DNA of 63,967 nt, counting the filler. It is 4 parts of 4 records of this genome, joined end to end, with 100 filler letters (N's around TTAATTAATTAA, not from the genome) between each part and the next. Parts side by side here need not be neighbours in the genome. Positions count along the whole stretch, not along the records: positions 34,678 to 53,721 come from SRR20825019_811; 3 more parts are not named here. The stretch is one strand, 5' to 3'. The position numbers and the translations under genes were made by a program. The notes beneath the pieces were generated by a model that saw nothing but the letters and a program-made list of their open reading frames with translations, made no database searches and was not told the origin of the DNA. Positions 34,944-43,516 of the stretch are shown here, in pieces; the first letter of the stretch is position 1; each line of letters starts with the position of its first letter.

Positions 34944-35333
34944 TCAGCTGTCGTCGTCGTCATCCGACACGCCGATAATGCCGGAGACATCGTCGTCTTC
35001 GTCATCGTCGGCCTCAAGGAAGGTATCGTCGTCATCGTCATCGAGATCGACATCATCATCGTCGTCGTCGCCCGTAACATTGTCGGAGGGGCTGTCGTCG
35101 TCGGATGCCTCGATGGAGGCCAGTTCGACATCGCCCTCTTCGGCATCGACTTCCTTGACGTCGTTTTCCTCTTCCTCGGTTTCGACAACTGCGATCGAGG
35201 CGGTATCCTCGAAATAGGACAACGGCCAGGAAGCGCCCGAATAGGGCGAAACCACCGGGTCCTTGTTCAGGTCATAGAATTTCTTGCCCGTATCCGGGCA
35301 TGTTCTTTTGGTTCCGAGTTCCGCTTTCGCCAC
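34944..35333 (-). CDS. TIGR02300 / FYDLN_acid family protein
   Basis: GTG start after GAGAGG. MAKAELGTKRTCPDTGKKFYDLNKDPVVSPY followed by an acidic tail. Confidence 0.93.
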   Translation of the reverse strand: MAKAELGTKRTCPDTGKKFYDLNKDPVVSPYSGASWPLSYFEDTASIAVVETEEEENDVKEVDAEEGDVELASIEASDDDSPSDNVTGDDDDDDVDLDDDDDDTFLEADDDEDDDVSGIIGVSDDDDDS

Positions 35334-35544
35334 GATCGACCTCTCATGTTGCGGTTGAAGGCTGGCATCACCAGCGCCTGTGCGCTTTTGCATCAGGCGG
35401 TCCCTTATCGTCATGCCGTCCGTCTGTCAAAGGCTAAGTTCACCGTTTTTCCAGCCGCCGCGGAAGCCGGGCGGGATCGTCAATTTCGACGTTAACCATT
35501 TTTAAGAACCTTTTCTTAAATCCTGCCGGCTAGATGCTGTTTCC

Positions 35545-36135
35545 ATGTCTATTCGTCGTATCGCAACCCTCTTTGCGGTGATCTGCCTTGCCGCACTCGC
35601 GTCTTGCTCGACCACGGTCAGCAATGTCGGCAACAGCTGTGCGATCTTCGCCCAGAAAAACGGCATGTTCGAAAACTGGCAACGTGACGCGGAGAAAGCC
35701 TCGCGCGATTACGGGGTGCCGGTTTCGGTGCTGATGGCGACGATCTACGTCGAATCCTCCTTCGATTCCCACGCGCGGCCGCCGCGCAAGAAAATCCTGG
35801 GTTTCATTCCCGGTCCCCGGGCCTCCAGCGCACTCGGCTATTCGCAGGCGCTTGACGGCACCTGGGCGGAATATCAGTCCCGCAGCGGCCAGCGTGGCGC
35901 CAGCCGCACGGATTTTGGCGACGCCATCTATTTTGTCGCCTGGTATCACTATCAGAGCCATATCCGGAACGGCATCGCGCTCAACGATCCCTACAATCTC
36001 TACCTCGCCTATCATTCCGGCCACAGCGGCTATTCCCGTGGCGTGTGGAAAAGCCGGCCGGTAGCCAAGAGCGCCGCGGCGCGCGCCCAGAAGATGACAC
36101 AGATCTACGAGGCCCAGCTTCGGCGCTGCTCCTGA
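35545..36135 (+). CDS. Lipoprotein with SLT (lytic transglycosylase-like) domain
   Basis: Lipobox LASC. ATIYVESSF (catalytic Glu), SALGYSQA, LYLAYHSG. Confidence 0.85.
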   Translation: MSIRRIATLFAVICLAALASCSTTVSNVGNSCAIFAQKNGMFENWQRDAEKASRDYGVPVSVLMATIYVESSFDSHARPPRKKILGFIPGPRASSALGYSQALDGTWAEYQSRSGQRGASRTDFGDAIYFVAWYHYQSHIRNGIALNDPYNLYLAYHSGHSGYSRGVWKSRPVAKSAAARAQKMTQIYEAQLRRCS

Positions 36136-36136
36136 T

Positions 36137-36179
36137 TAAGGTCCGGCCCGCGTTTCATGGAATCGCGGGCCGGACCTTA
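36137..36179. terminator. 16-bp perfect hairpin between the convergent SLT and algL-like genes
   Basis: TAAGGTCCGGCCCGCG-N11-CGCGGGCCGGACCTTA. Confidence 0.75.
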
Positions 36180-36237
36180 TCTTCCTGTTATGCCGCATTT
36201 TCGCGGACGTCAGGCGTATCCGCCTGACTGCGAAATG

Positions 36238-37368
36238 CTACTTCCCGCCAGCAAAACATCCCGGCTGCATCGCCGGGTTGTTGCGATAAAGCAGGGTCAT
36301 GTCTCCCCCGAGCTTGGAATTGGAAAGCGGGCGCAGCGGCGCAAGCGTTCGGTCCAGATCGCCATCGCTCACGAGGCTGAGATAGGCCTCCAGCCAGGCA
36401 ATCGTGAACGGCTCCTGATTGGCAAGCCCCTGCGGGACCGATTGATGGACCCCGGCAATGTCGGCGACCTTCGAAGGGTCTTCGATACCCGCCAGCACGA
36501 AGCCGACCGCCTTTCTGATCACCGCCTCCTCGTCTGCGGTATAGCTGTAGTCATTGTGGCAGATCAGCGCGGCAGAGGCCGCAAGCGGCGCGAGCGCATG
36601 GAGTTGGTAATGCAGCGCATATTTTCCGCGGCGCATTTCATAGGGCATGCTGCCATCCTCGCGGACCGTCGCCAGCACGGCGCGATGACTTGCAAACGCC
36701 CAGTTGATGAAATCCTGGCTTTTGAGGATCAGCGCGATTTCCGTCACCGCATAGGCAGCCCATAGCCGGAGATTGCCGAGTTTCGCCTTTGGCGGGGCGT
36801 CATTGTCCCAGTAGGCGACCAGAAAATCGCCGTTCTTCTTAAGCCAGGCCTCGATCGCCGCCTTCTCGTCTGTGAGACCGTCGGCCTGATCGCGCACCTG
36901 ACGGTAGGCGCTGGCAATGCCGCCGACGCGGGCGGCGTAGGTCATCTTCGCGTTTTCGGTTTCCAGCCTGCCGAAGGCATCGGCCGCGGCCCAGTCATGG
37001 ATGCCGTTGACCACGCAGGCCGCATTGAAGGCGGCGATGCCGGGATTGGCGCGGGCATCATTGGCAAGGCCGGTGATCTGACGGATGAAGGTATCGGCGT
37101 CCTTCAGCGACGCATCCACCTCGGCGTCGCTCTCCTCATCGAGTTTCGAACGGTCGGCGCTGCTTTCGTCATAGCGGCTGCCATAATCGAGCGTGACGCT
37201 CGGCGGCGGAAATGCCGGACACGCCTCATCGCCATCCGCCGCGAAAGCAGGAGAGCCGGCGAGCGCAAGAAAGGCAGCCCCGGCCGCCAGCCGGCCGAAC
37301 TGGAGGAGGGATGGTCGCGGCGGTGAATAATCGGCCAAATCGCAGCCCTTTCGTTTGGTCATGTTCAA
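36238..37368 (-). CDS. algL: AlgL-like PL5 alginate lyase with divergent active-site motif
   Basis: Signal peptide, SRY motif, CVVNGIHDWAAADA, GNLRLWAA at the NNHSYWAA position, DGSMPYEMRRGKYALHYQLHALAPL, SKLGGD. Last gene of the alg operon. Confidence 0.78.
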   Translation of the reverse strand: MNMTKRKGCDLADYSPPRPSLLQFGRLAAGAAFLALAGSPAFAADGDEACPAFPPPSVTLDYGSRYDESSADRSKLDEESDAEVDASLKDADTFIRQITGLANDARANPGIAAFNAACVVNGIHDWAAADAFGRLETENAKMTYAARVGGIASAYRQVRDQADGLTDEKAAIEAWLKKNGDFLVAYWDNDAPPKAKLGNLRLWAAYAVTEIALILKSQDFINWAFASHRAVLATVREDGSMPYEMRRGKYALHYQLHALAPLAASAALICHNDYSYTADEEAVIRKAVGFVLAGIEDPSKVADIAGVHQSVPQGLANQEPFTIAWLEAYLSLVSDGDLDRTLAPLRPLSNSKLGGDMTLLYRNNPAMQPGCFAGGK

Positions 37369-40127
37369 TGCAGTTTGAGGCCGGAGAACAGGGTCCCGGC
37401 GGTTTCATTGCCCGCCGCGGCGGCAGCCTTCAGCCATTCCATGGCCTTGTCGGCCGAATGCTCGACGCCGGCGCCGAAGGCATAGGCCTGGGCAAGCAGC
37501 AGCATCGCCTCGGCATCGCCGGCGTTGGCGGCATTCGCAAGCCATTCCGTCGCTTCGCCCGCCTCATTTTCCGAGGCAGGGTCGCCGCGCAACGTCTTGG
37601 CGAGTTCGCGCATGGCCACAGGATCGCCGGCCTCGGCGGCCTTGCGATAGGCGGCCTTCATGTCGAAGGCCTCGCTGACCCTGTTTCTGACGGATTCGGG
37701 CGCGTATTTCAGCCGGTTGGCAAGACCGTGAAGCTCGGAAGGGGCGGCCTTCTCAAGCTCCTCCAGCAGAAGTTTCGCGTGCTCTTCTTCCTGGTAGAAC
37801 CGGCTGTCGGGATCGGAGTACCAGTCGAGCAGCCGGCGCGAGGCGGGATCGTAACCCTGGCCGTGGGCGGCTTCATATAGCTTGAAGGCCTCCTCGCGAT
37901 CGGCGATCGAGCCGAGCGTGGTGTAGATGTCGGCGAGCTTGACCTGCTGCCAGCCCTGCTCCGGCGAAAGCGCCAGGGCGACATCGAGCGCATTGTCGGC
38001 CTCGTCGGCTCGCCCGGCGTTCAGCGCGTACCGGGCCTTGCGGGCAAGGGCGTTCAGATCGCAGGACATGGCCGCCTTGGCGCGCCCATAGAAAAGCGCC
38101 CGGTCCTCGTCGCTTTCGGCACGGGTCGCGGCAAAAAGCAGGGCCTCGAAATCGCCATGGGCTGCGATATCCGAAAGCATGTCCTGCGGCGGGTCGTAAC
38201 GGCCCTTGCCGGCGGCGCGATAGGCATCATCGAGATGCCAGAGCGTGGAGCCCTTGATCTGCCCCCCGGCCTCTTCGACGAGCGCCGTGGCCTTGTCGAG
38301 GGAAGCGACATCATCGGTCGACGCGGTCATATGGATTTCGGCGAGCACGGCGGTGGCCGCGACATCGCCGGTGCTCGCAAGCGCTTCCAGCGCGGACAGA
38401 ACGCTGCCGCGCTCCTCGTCGGTCCCGGCCGCATGATAGGCGCCTTCAAGCACCGAAGCCTCGCCGCCTTCCTGCCCGCGCATCGCGCTGCGCCAATGCG
38501 CGACGATATCGTCGAACCGGTCGGGGTGCAGCCGCGCCAGAAGCGAGGTCAGGTCTCCAGCCGCCCCCGTGCTTCCGGACAGCGCAGCGCTCTGCAGGCG
38601 GGCGGTCGCCTCCGCATTGTCGGCGAGTGTGTCGGCGGTGATATCTTCCGGCAGTTGCGGCCAGTTATCGCGATCGAGATTTTTCCATTTCTCCCACTCG
38701 GCCGTTTGAGGGCCGTCGGGATTGGCGCACAGCAATGCGTTCTTCAACGCGTCCACGGCCGTGGACTTGCCTTCGGTGGCGATCAGTTGCTTGAGCAATT
38801 CGACGGCCTTCCGGCGGTCGGCGTCGTCGCCGTCGCGCAGGTAAAGCCGGGCAAGTTCGAGCTTGCCTGCGCTGTCGCCCCGCTCGGCAGCCGCTTCGAA
38901 CAGCCTCCGGGCCTCCTCCTGCCCCTCCCATGGTCCGCTGTCATCGAGGCTCATCGCGCCGAGGCGTGAAAACGCCCAGCCCGGCGCATCGGGAAAGCGC
39001 GCCAGCGCCACCAGCCTGTCGTGATATTTCTGCCGGTCCTCCGGCGTATCGAGCCCGCGCGCGGCGAGCAGGCGCGTGGCGCCGGCAAAGCCCTCGCGCT
39101 CACCGTCTTCCGCAAGCTGATCGTAGATCGCCATCGCCCGCTCCGGATCGGTCGGCACCAGCACGCCGTCCTCGTAGAGCTTCGCCATCTGCACCTTCGC
39201 CGGGACGATATCGGCGTCGAAGGCCTGCTGAAGATAGCGCAGCAGCCTGGTGTTGTCCTTTTCGATGCCTTCGCCGGAAAGATGGTAGCGCGCGGTCTGC
39301 CATGCGGACTGGCCATCGCCCAGATCGGCGGCGAAGCGATACCACGCTTCGGCAAGCACATGGTTCTGCGCGATCACCTCGCCGCTTTCAAATGCCCGCG
39401 CGATCCGCCGCACGCGTCCGCAAATCGCGTTGTCGAGATTGCCGAGCAGGGATGAAAAGCCGAGCGTGAAGGCCAGTTCGGGGTCCATATCCCAGCCCGG
39501 GACCTCTTCCCCCTTGCTGGTTTTCTCGGCCAGATACAGCACCGCGTCGGGATCGCCATTATAGGCGGCCTGGAGTTTGCGCTGGATGCCGCGGTCGATG
39601 TCCTGCGGCACCGCCTTGCCCTCCAGATAAAGGTCGGCGAGAAAGTTCACCGTGCCCGGCGTCGCGGCCGGCCCTATGGTTTCCAGCTCGGTGACGAAGC
39701 CGGTTGCCTTCAACTCGTCGAAACGCTGCGCCTCGACATAAAGCGCCACCACGTCGAGCAGATAGGCGGCCCTGCTGTAATAGGGATCTTCCTGGCGGCG
39801 CAGATCGTAGGCGGACTTGACGGTGTCGAAATACTTGTCCGCATCGATATTGCGGAGCCGCATCAGCTCGCGGTCGAGGTCGCGGTATTCGACGCCACGC
39901 GGCAGCTGCTGGCCGTCCCAGTTCGACCATTGCAGTTCCAGCGCGTCGTTGGACTTGCGGTCGGCGCACACCTTCGCCGCCTCGATTTCGGGCGGACGGA
40001 AATCGATGACGGGCTGCTGCGCCATCGCCGTCGACGTTCCGGCGGCAGAAACCGCAAATGCCAACAGAAATGACCGGGCACGACCCCGCCCACAAACCCG
40101 CAATCCGGCAATGCTAAACCGCTTCAT
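37365..40127 (-). CDS. Large exported Sel1-like repeat protein, about 920 aa
   Basis: Signal peptide ending ...TAMA. Many Sel1 repeats (AEAWYRFAADLGD; AMLLLAQAYAFGAGVEHSADKAMEWLKAAAAAGN). ATGA overlaps with both neighbours. Confidence 0.85.
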   Translation of the reverse strand: MKRFSIAGLRVCGRGRARSFLLAFAVSAAGTSTAMAQQPVIDFRPPEIEAAKVCADRKSNDALELQWSNWDGQQLPRGVEYRDLDRELMRLRNIDADKYFDTVKSAYDLRRQEDPYYSRAAYLLDVVALYVEAQRFDELKATGFVTELETIGPAATPGTVNFLADLYLEGKAVPQDIDRGIQRKLQAAYNGDPDAVLYLAEKTSKGEEVPGWDMDPELAFTLGFSSLLGNLDNAICGRVRRIARAFESGEVIAQNHVLAEAWYRFAADLGDGQSAWQTARYHLSGEGIEKDNTRLLRYLQQAFDADIVPAKVQMAKLYEDGVLVPTDPERAMAIYDQLAEDGEREGFAGATRLLAARGLDTPEDRQKYHDRLVALARFPDAPGWAFSRLGAMSLDDSGPWEGQEEARRLFEAAAERGDSAGKLELARLYLRDGDDADRRKAVELLKQLIATEGKSTAVDALKNALLCANPDGPQTAEWEKWKNLDRDNWPQLPEDITADTLADNAEATARLQSAALSGSTGAAGDLTSLLARLHPDRFDDIVAHWRSAMRGQEGGEASVLEGAYHAAGTDEERGSVLSALEALASTGDVAATAVLAEIHMTASTDDVASLDKATALVEEAGGQIKGSTLWHLDDAYRAAGKGRYDPPQDMLSDIAAHGDFEALLFAATRAESDEDRALFYGRAKAAMSCDLNALARKARYALNAGRADEADNALDVALALSPEQGWQQVKLADIYTTLGSIADREEAFKLYEAAHGQGYDPASRRLLDWYSDPDSRFYQEEEHAKLLLEELEKAAPSELHGLANRLKYAPESVRNRVSEAFDMKAAYRKAAEAGDPVAMRELAKTLRGDPASENEAGEATEWLANAANAGDAEAMLLLAQAYAFGAGVEHSADKAMEWLKAAAAAGNETAGTLFSGLKLH

Positions 40128-41176
40128 TCGCTTCCTTTCGGCGCCTCGCCGCACCCTTCAGCACCGCAATCGCCGGCAGCGCTTGCCGCAAGCATCTCCC
40201 ATGGCTGCGGGCCGTAGCTTGCGAGATTGCTTGCCGGCGGCACCTCCCATATCAGGAACAGCGGCGGTCTGGACTGGAAATCGCCCGACCGGAGATAATC
40301 GGTCACGGCCTTGAACGGGCTGCCCGAAACGCTCGCCCGGTTATCGACATCCATGCCCGAGAGCTGTTTCAGAAACCCGTCGAAATGGCTCTGGCCATCG
40401 GCCGAGAACCGCGACCCGACAAGCACCACCGGCGCCGGCGCGTCGGCCCCCAGAATATTGAACGGCCGATCGGCGGCGAAGGCTTCCTCGCCCACGGTCT
40501 CGTAGCGGGTCTCCGTCACCGCCGGCAGGCTCTCGCTGCAATGGGCCTGGATCGCCTCGCGCAGGTCCGATCTGCGGGTGTAATCCTCGCCCCGCGTGGT
40601 GGTGAATGTCATCAGATTGGCCTTGTGCGACTGTGGCATCGCGTTGAGCTTTTCGGCGATCGCCGTGGCGGCAAGGCGCGCGCCATCGCTCGTCCACAAC
40701 GGATCGGCTTTCTGGAAGGCAGGACTGTCATCGGACGTCTTCGCCCGCATCGGCGTCAGCAGGTCGACCGCGACCACGCCTGCATCATCCAGCCGCTTGA
40801 CAGCTTCCTGATAGATTTCGGTATTGACGGTATCCTGATAACCGTAAAGCCAGGCCGATTGCGGCACCTTGTCGGCAAGCACCTGACTGCGCGTTGGAAC
40901 GGGCACAAAGACAAGAATGGTCCCGTGCGCCTTCAGGAGCCCAGAAAACGCCGAGATGCTTTCCACCAGCGCCGGATCGGCGACCGACTGCATCGCGATA
41001 TCGTCCATCACGGTAAAGAAAAACCCGTCCTTGCCTTCAAGCGCCTGTGGCTCGCCCTTGTCCGCCAGATTGACGCAACCGTAGAGCGATTGCGCCTCTT
41101 CGGCATGCGCGATGCCGCCACCAAGGCCGGCCGCGATACACAATGCCGCGATCCTTGTCACACCAACCATGCTCAT
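40124..41176 (-). CDS. AlgX/AlgJ-like SGNH-family periplasmic protein, catalytic residues degenerate
   Basis: EGKDGFFF, GTILVFVPVPTR, DPLWTSDGARLAA, VVLVGSRFS, FDGFLKQ, PPLFLIWE. Confidence 0.82.
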   Translation of the reverse strand: MSMVGVTRIAALCIAAGLGGGIAHAEEAQSLYGCVNLADKGEPQALEGKDGFFFTVMDDIAMQSVADPALVESISAFSGLLKAHGTILVFVPVPTRSQVLADKVPQSAWLYGYQDTVNTEIYQEAVKRLDDAGVVAVDLLTPMRAKTSDDSPAFQKADPLWTSDGARLAATAIAEKLNAMPQSHKANLMTFTTTRGEDYTRRSDLREAIQAHCSESLPAVTETRYETVGEEAFAADRPFNILGADAPAPVVLVGSRFSADGQSHFDGFLKQLSGMDVDNRASVSGSPFKAVTDYLRSGDFQSRPPLFLIWEVPPASNLASYGPQPWEMLAASAAGDCGAEGCGEAPKGSE

Positions 41177-41913
41177 CCTCCCCCATCTTGAACCTCGGGC
41201 TCCGGGAATGCCCGCAGCAGGTTTTCCGCCGCGGTGCGTGTTCCCAGATCCGAGCTTTGCTGCGCCATCCGCAGATAAGCCCGCACCGCCGCGGCATCCT
41301 CGCTGGCAAGCGGTGCGCCGGATGCAATCATCATGGCCATCTGCAGGGCCAGGTCTGCATCGATGGATTGCTGATTGGCCGCCGCCAGCAAAAGCGCCCT
41401 CGCCTTTTTGGGCTGTGCCCCGAACGGGTGGCCCTGCATATAAAGGCGCGCCAGCGCTATGGCCGACGCCGGATCGCCAGCCGCCGCCTGTCTGGCGAGC
41501 GCGTTTTCGATATGGGCAAGCCGCACCGGCGAAATCTCGCTGGACCGGTCCGACAGGATATCGAGCAGGGCCGGTATGGCGTAAGCGCGGCCATCATCCA
41601 CCGCGATCGCGAGATACTGCGCGGCCTTGCCGTTCAGGTCGGGCCTGTTCATCGCGAGAAGCCGCTGGGCCAGGCGATAAGCGGCCAGCCCGTCGCCAAC
41701 ATCTGCGAGAATCTGAAGCTCCGTGATGGTCACCGGCTCGTCGGCGACGATCCGCGCCCGGATATCCTTGAGCCGCGGCGCGCTGTCATAGACCGAGGCT
41801 ACACGCTGGATCGTCACGGGCCGCCCCTCAAACCGCAGCGGCATGCCGGCGCAAGCAATCGCGGGTAGCAACACAAACGCGGCGGCAACCGCATGGGCCT
41901 TCGCGAACGCCAT
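41173..41913 (-). CDS. Small exported Sel1/TPR-like helical protein (AlgK-like candidate), 246 aa
   Basis: True start is ATG 41913, 1 nt after the algG-like stop. Signal peptide. LADVGDGLAAYRLA and AAAGDPASAIALARLYMQG. Confidence 0.7.
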   Translation of the reverse strand: MAFAKAHAVAAAFVLLPAIACAGMPLRFEGRPVTIQRVASVYDSAPRLKDIRARIVADEPVTITELQILADVGDGLAAYRLAQRLLAMNRPDLNGKAAQYLAIAVDDGRAYAIPALLDILSDRSSEISPVRLAHIENALARQAAAGDPASAIALARLYMQGHPFGAQPKKARALLLAAANQQSIDADLALQMAMMIASGAPLASEDAAAVRAYLRMAQQSSDLGTRTAAENLLRAFPEPEVQDGGG

Positions 41914-41914
41914 C

Positions 41915-43516
41915 TCACTCGCCCTCCCCGCGATCGCAGCCGGTATAATCGGCCAGGCTGAACTGACCGCGATTGCCGCGAAACAGCGACGGCGCGGCGG
42001 AGCCGGCGGCGGATATCGCAAAACCGGTGTCGGCTCCATCCGCAAGGCCGCGCTTGAAGGTGAGATAGCGCGGCGTTTCATATTGCAGCGCGCCGGCAAA
42101 CAGCACCGGCAACTGGCTGGAGAGATCGTTTTGCCGCAACAGCAGGCGCGAGAAGCGTTCCGCCGAAATACCGGAAACATTGGCGAGGAAGATATTGTCC
42201 GTGATCTCGGTCTCGTCATCGGGAGAGATCGCATCATTGACGGCGATGCCCGCGCCCTGATTGCGGGCGAGCAGATTGCCGGAAATCCGCACGCCGAGGC
42301 TCTGGACGACCCGAATGCCGTCGGCGCGATTGCGAAGCGTGGCGTTGGCGAAAATATCGACACAGGCCCCGCCCGCGACCGAAATGCCTTCAACGCCGTT
42401 TGCCAGAAGAACATTGCCCGTGATCGTCGCATGGCCGACGCCGTCGCGCGCGAAAATGCCGCGACCGGCATTTTCCGCCATCACATTTCCGCTCACCAGC
42501 GTGCTCTTTCCGCCGATCATCAGCAGGCCGTGCTGGCCGCTCGCAACGATCAGATTGTCGGCAATGACGCCGTGATCAACCCGCTCGAGCCTGAGCCCGA
42601 TGCCGCGCGCGCTGTCGATCCGGTTCCCGGAGAAGCGAAAATCGGCAAGGCCGGTCGCTTCCACCGAGCGGATATTCTTCAGCACATTGCCGGAAACAAG
42701 GCCGCTGCTGCGGTTTCCGGCGTAACGGCTTGAGCCAAAGCCGACGCCGCTCAACAACGGCTGGCCGTCATAGCCGAGATCTGACAGACGGCTGTTTGCG
42801 ATCTCCGCCCGGCCGCCGCGCACTGTCAGGATAAAAGGATGGAAATCGACAATTCGCGCGGCTGCGGCAGAGCCGACGACCTCGGCGTTACGGATCGTCA
42901 GCAGGCCCTCATTGATGATGAAGGCGCCCCGCTCCGTCGCCATTTCCAGCCGGTCGCCCTCGCCCATCGACAGCGCGGCGTTTTTGGAAATGACGAGCGG
43001 TATCGTGAGACGATAGCTATGGTCCGCCGCCGCAAGCAGGCCGCCCTGGCCTCTATCCGCCAGCGCCCCGGAAAGTCCGGCAAGGGTGAAGTCGCCGCCT
43101 TTCAGCAGCAGCGCCTGCCCGCCGGAGGGCGATGCCGCCTCCATCAGTTCGCGGTGACCGAGATTGCCGATCTCCAGCGCGACCTGCTGCAGGATCGGCG
43201 CCAGCAGGGCCTTGTCGAATTCGGCAGGGGCAATCTCGCTCCCGCCGGCGGCAACAGAGCCGGCCACGGCCTCCGATTGTTGCGGCAGAGCCTCAGGCAC
43301 GACCTCGACGCCCGCCTCCTCCATCAACGTCCCGGCGGCGGAAAGCGGCGGCCCGATGCCCGCATCGTCGTTCTTCAACGTCTCAAGCAGACGATCGGCA
43401 TTGCGGTTGATCTGTTCCAGGCGTTCGTGATCGAGCGCTTCGGCGGAGGGCGCAAAGGCGGCCAGCAGCAGCAGCAACGCTGCGCAGCATCCGGAAAAGC
43501 GCCCGCTGCGGATCAT
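41915..43516 (-). CDS. AlgG-like right-handed parallel beta-helix (CASH/NosD) protein lacking the DPHD motif
   Basis: Signal peptide. AlgG-type segments YRLTIPLVIS, ERGAFIINEGLL, FHPFIL, SRLSDLGY, and repeated (I/V)xGNxxxxN turns. Confidence 0.78.
   Translation of the reverse strand: MIRSGRFSGCCAALLLLLAAFAPSAEALDHERLEQINRNADRLLETLKNDDAGIGPPLSAAGTLMEEAGVEVVPEALPQQSEAVAGSVAAGGSEIAPAEFDKALLAPILQQVALEIGNLGHRELMEAASPSGGQALLLKGGDFTLAGLSGALADRGQGGLLAAADHSYRLTIPLVISKNAALSMGEGDRLEMATERGAFIINEGLLTIRNAEVVGSAAAARIVDFHPFILTVRGGRAEIANSRLSDLGYDGQPLLSGVGFGSSRYAGNRSSGLVSGNVLKNIRSVEATGLADFRFSGNRIDSARGIGLRLERVDHGVIADNLIVASGQHGLLMIGGKSTLVSGNVMAENAGRGIFARDGVGHATITGNVLLANGVEGISVAGGACVDIFANATLRNRADGIRVVQSLGVRISGNLLARNQGAGIAVNDAISPDDETEITDNIFLANVSGISAERFSRLLLRQNDLSSQLPVLFAGALQYETPRYLTFKRGLADGADTGFAISAAGSAAPSLFRGNRGQFSLADYTGCDRGEGE

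Noticed and set aside
41914-42471. N-terminal extension of the 432-aa ORF 41173-42471
   Set aside because: It overlaps the algG-like gene out of frame. A signal-peptide-bearing start at 41913 fits the operon coupling.
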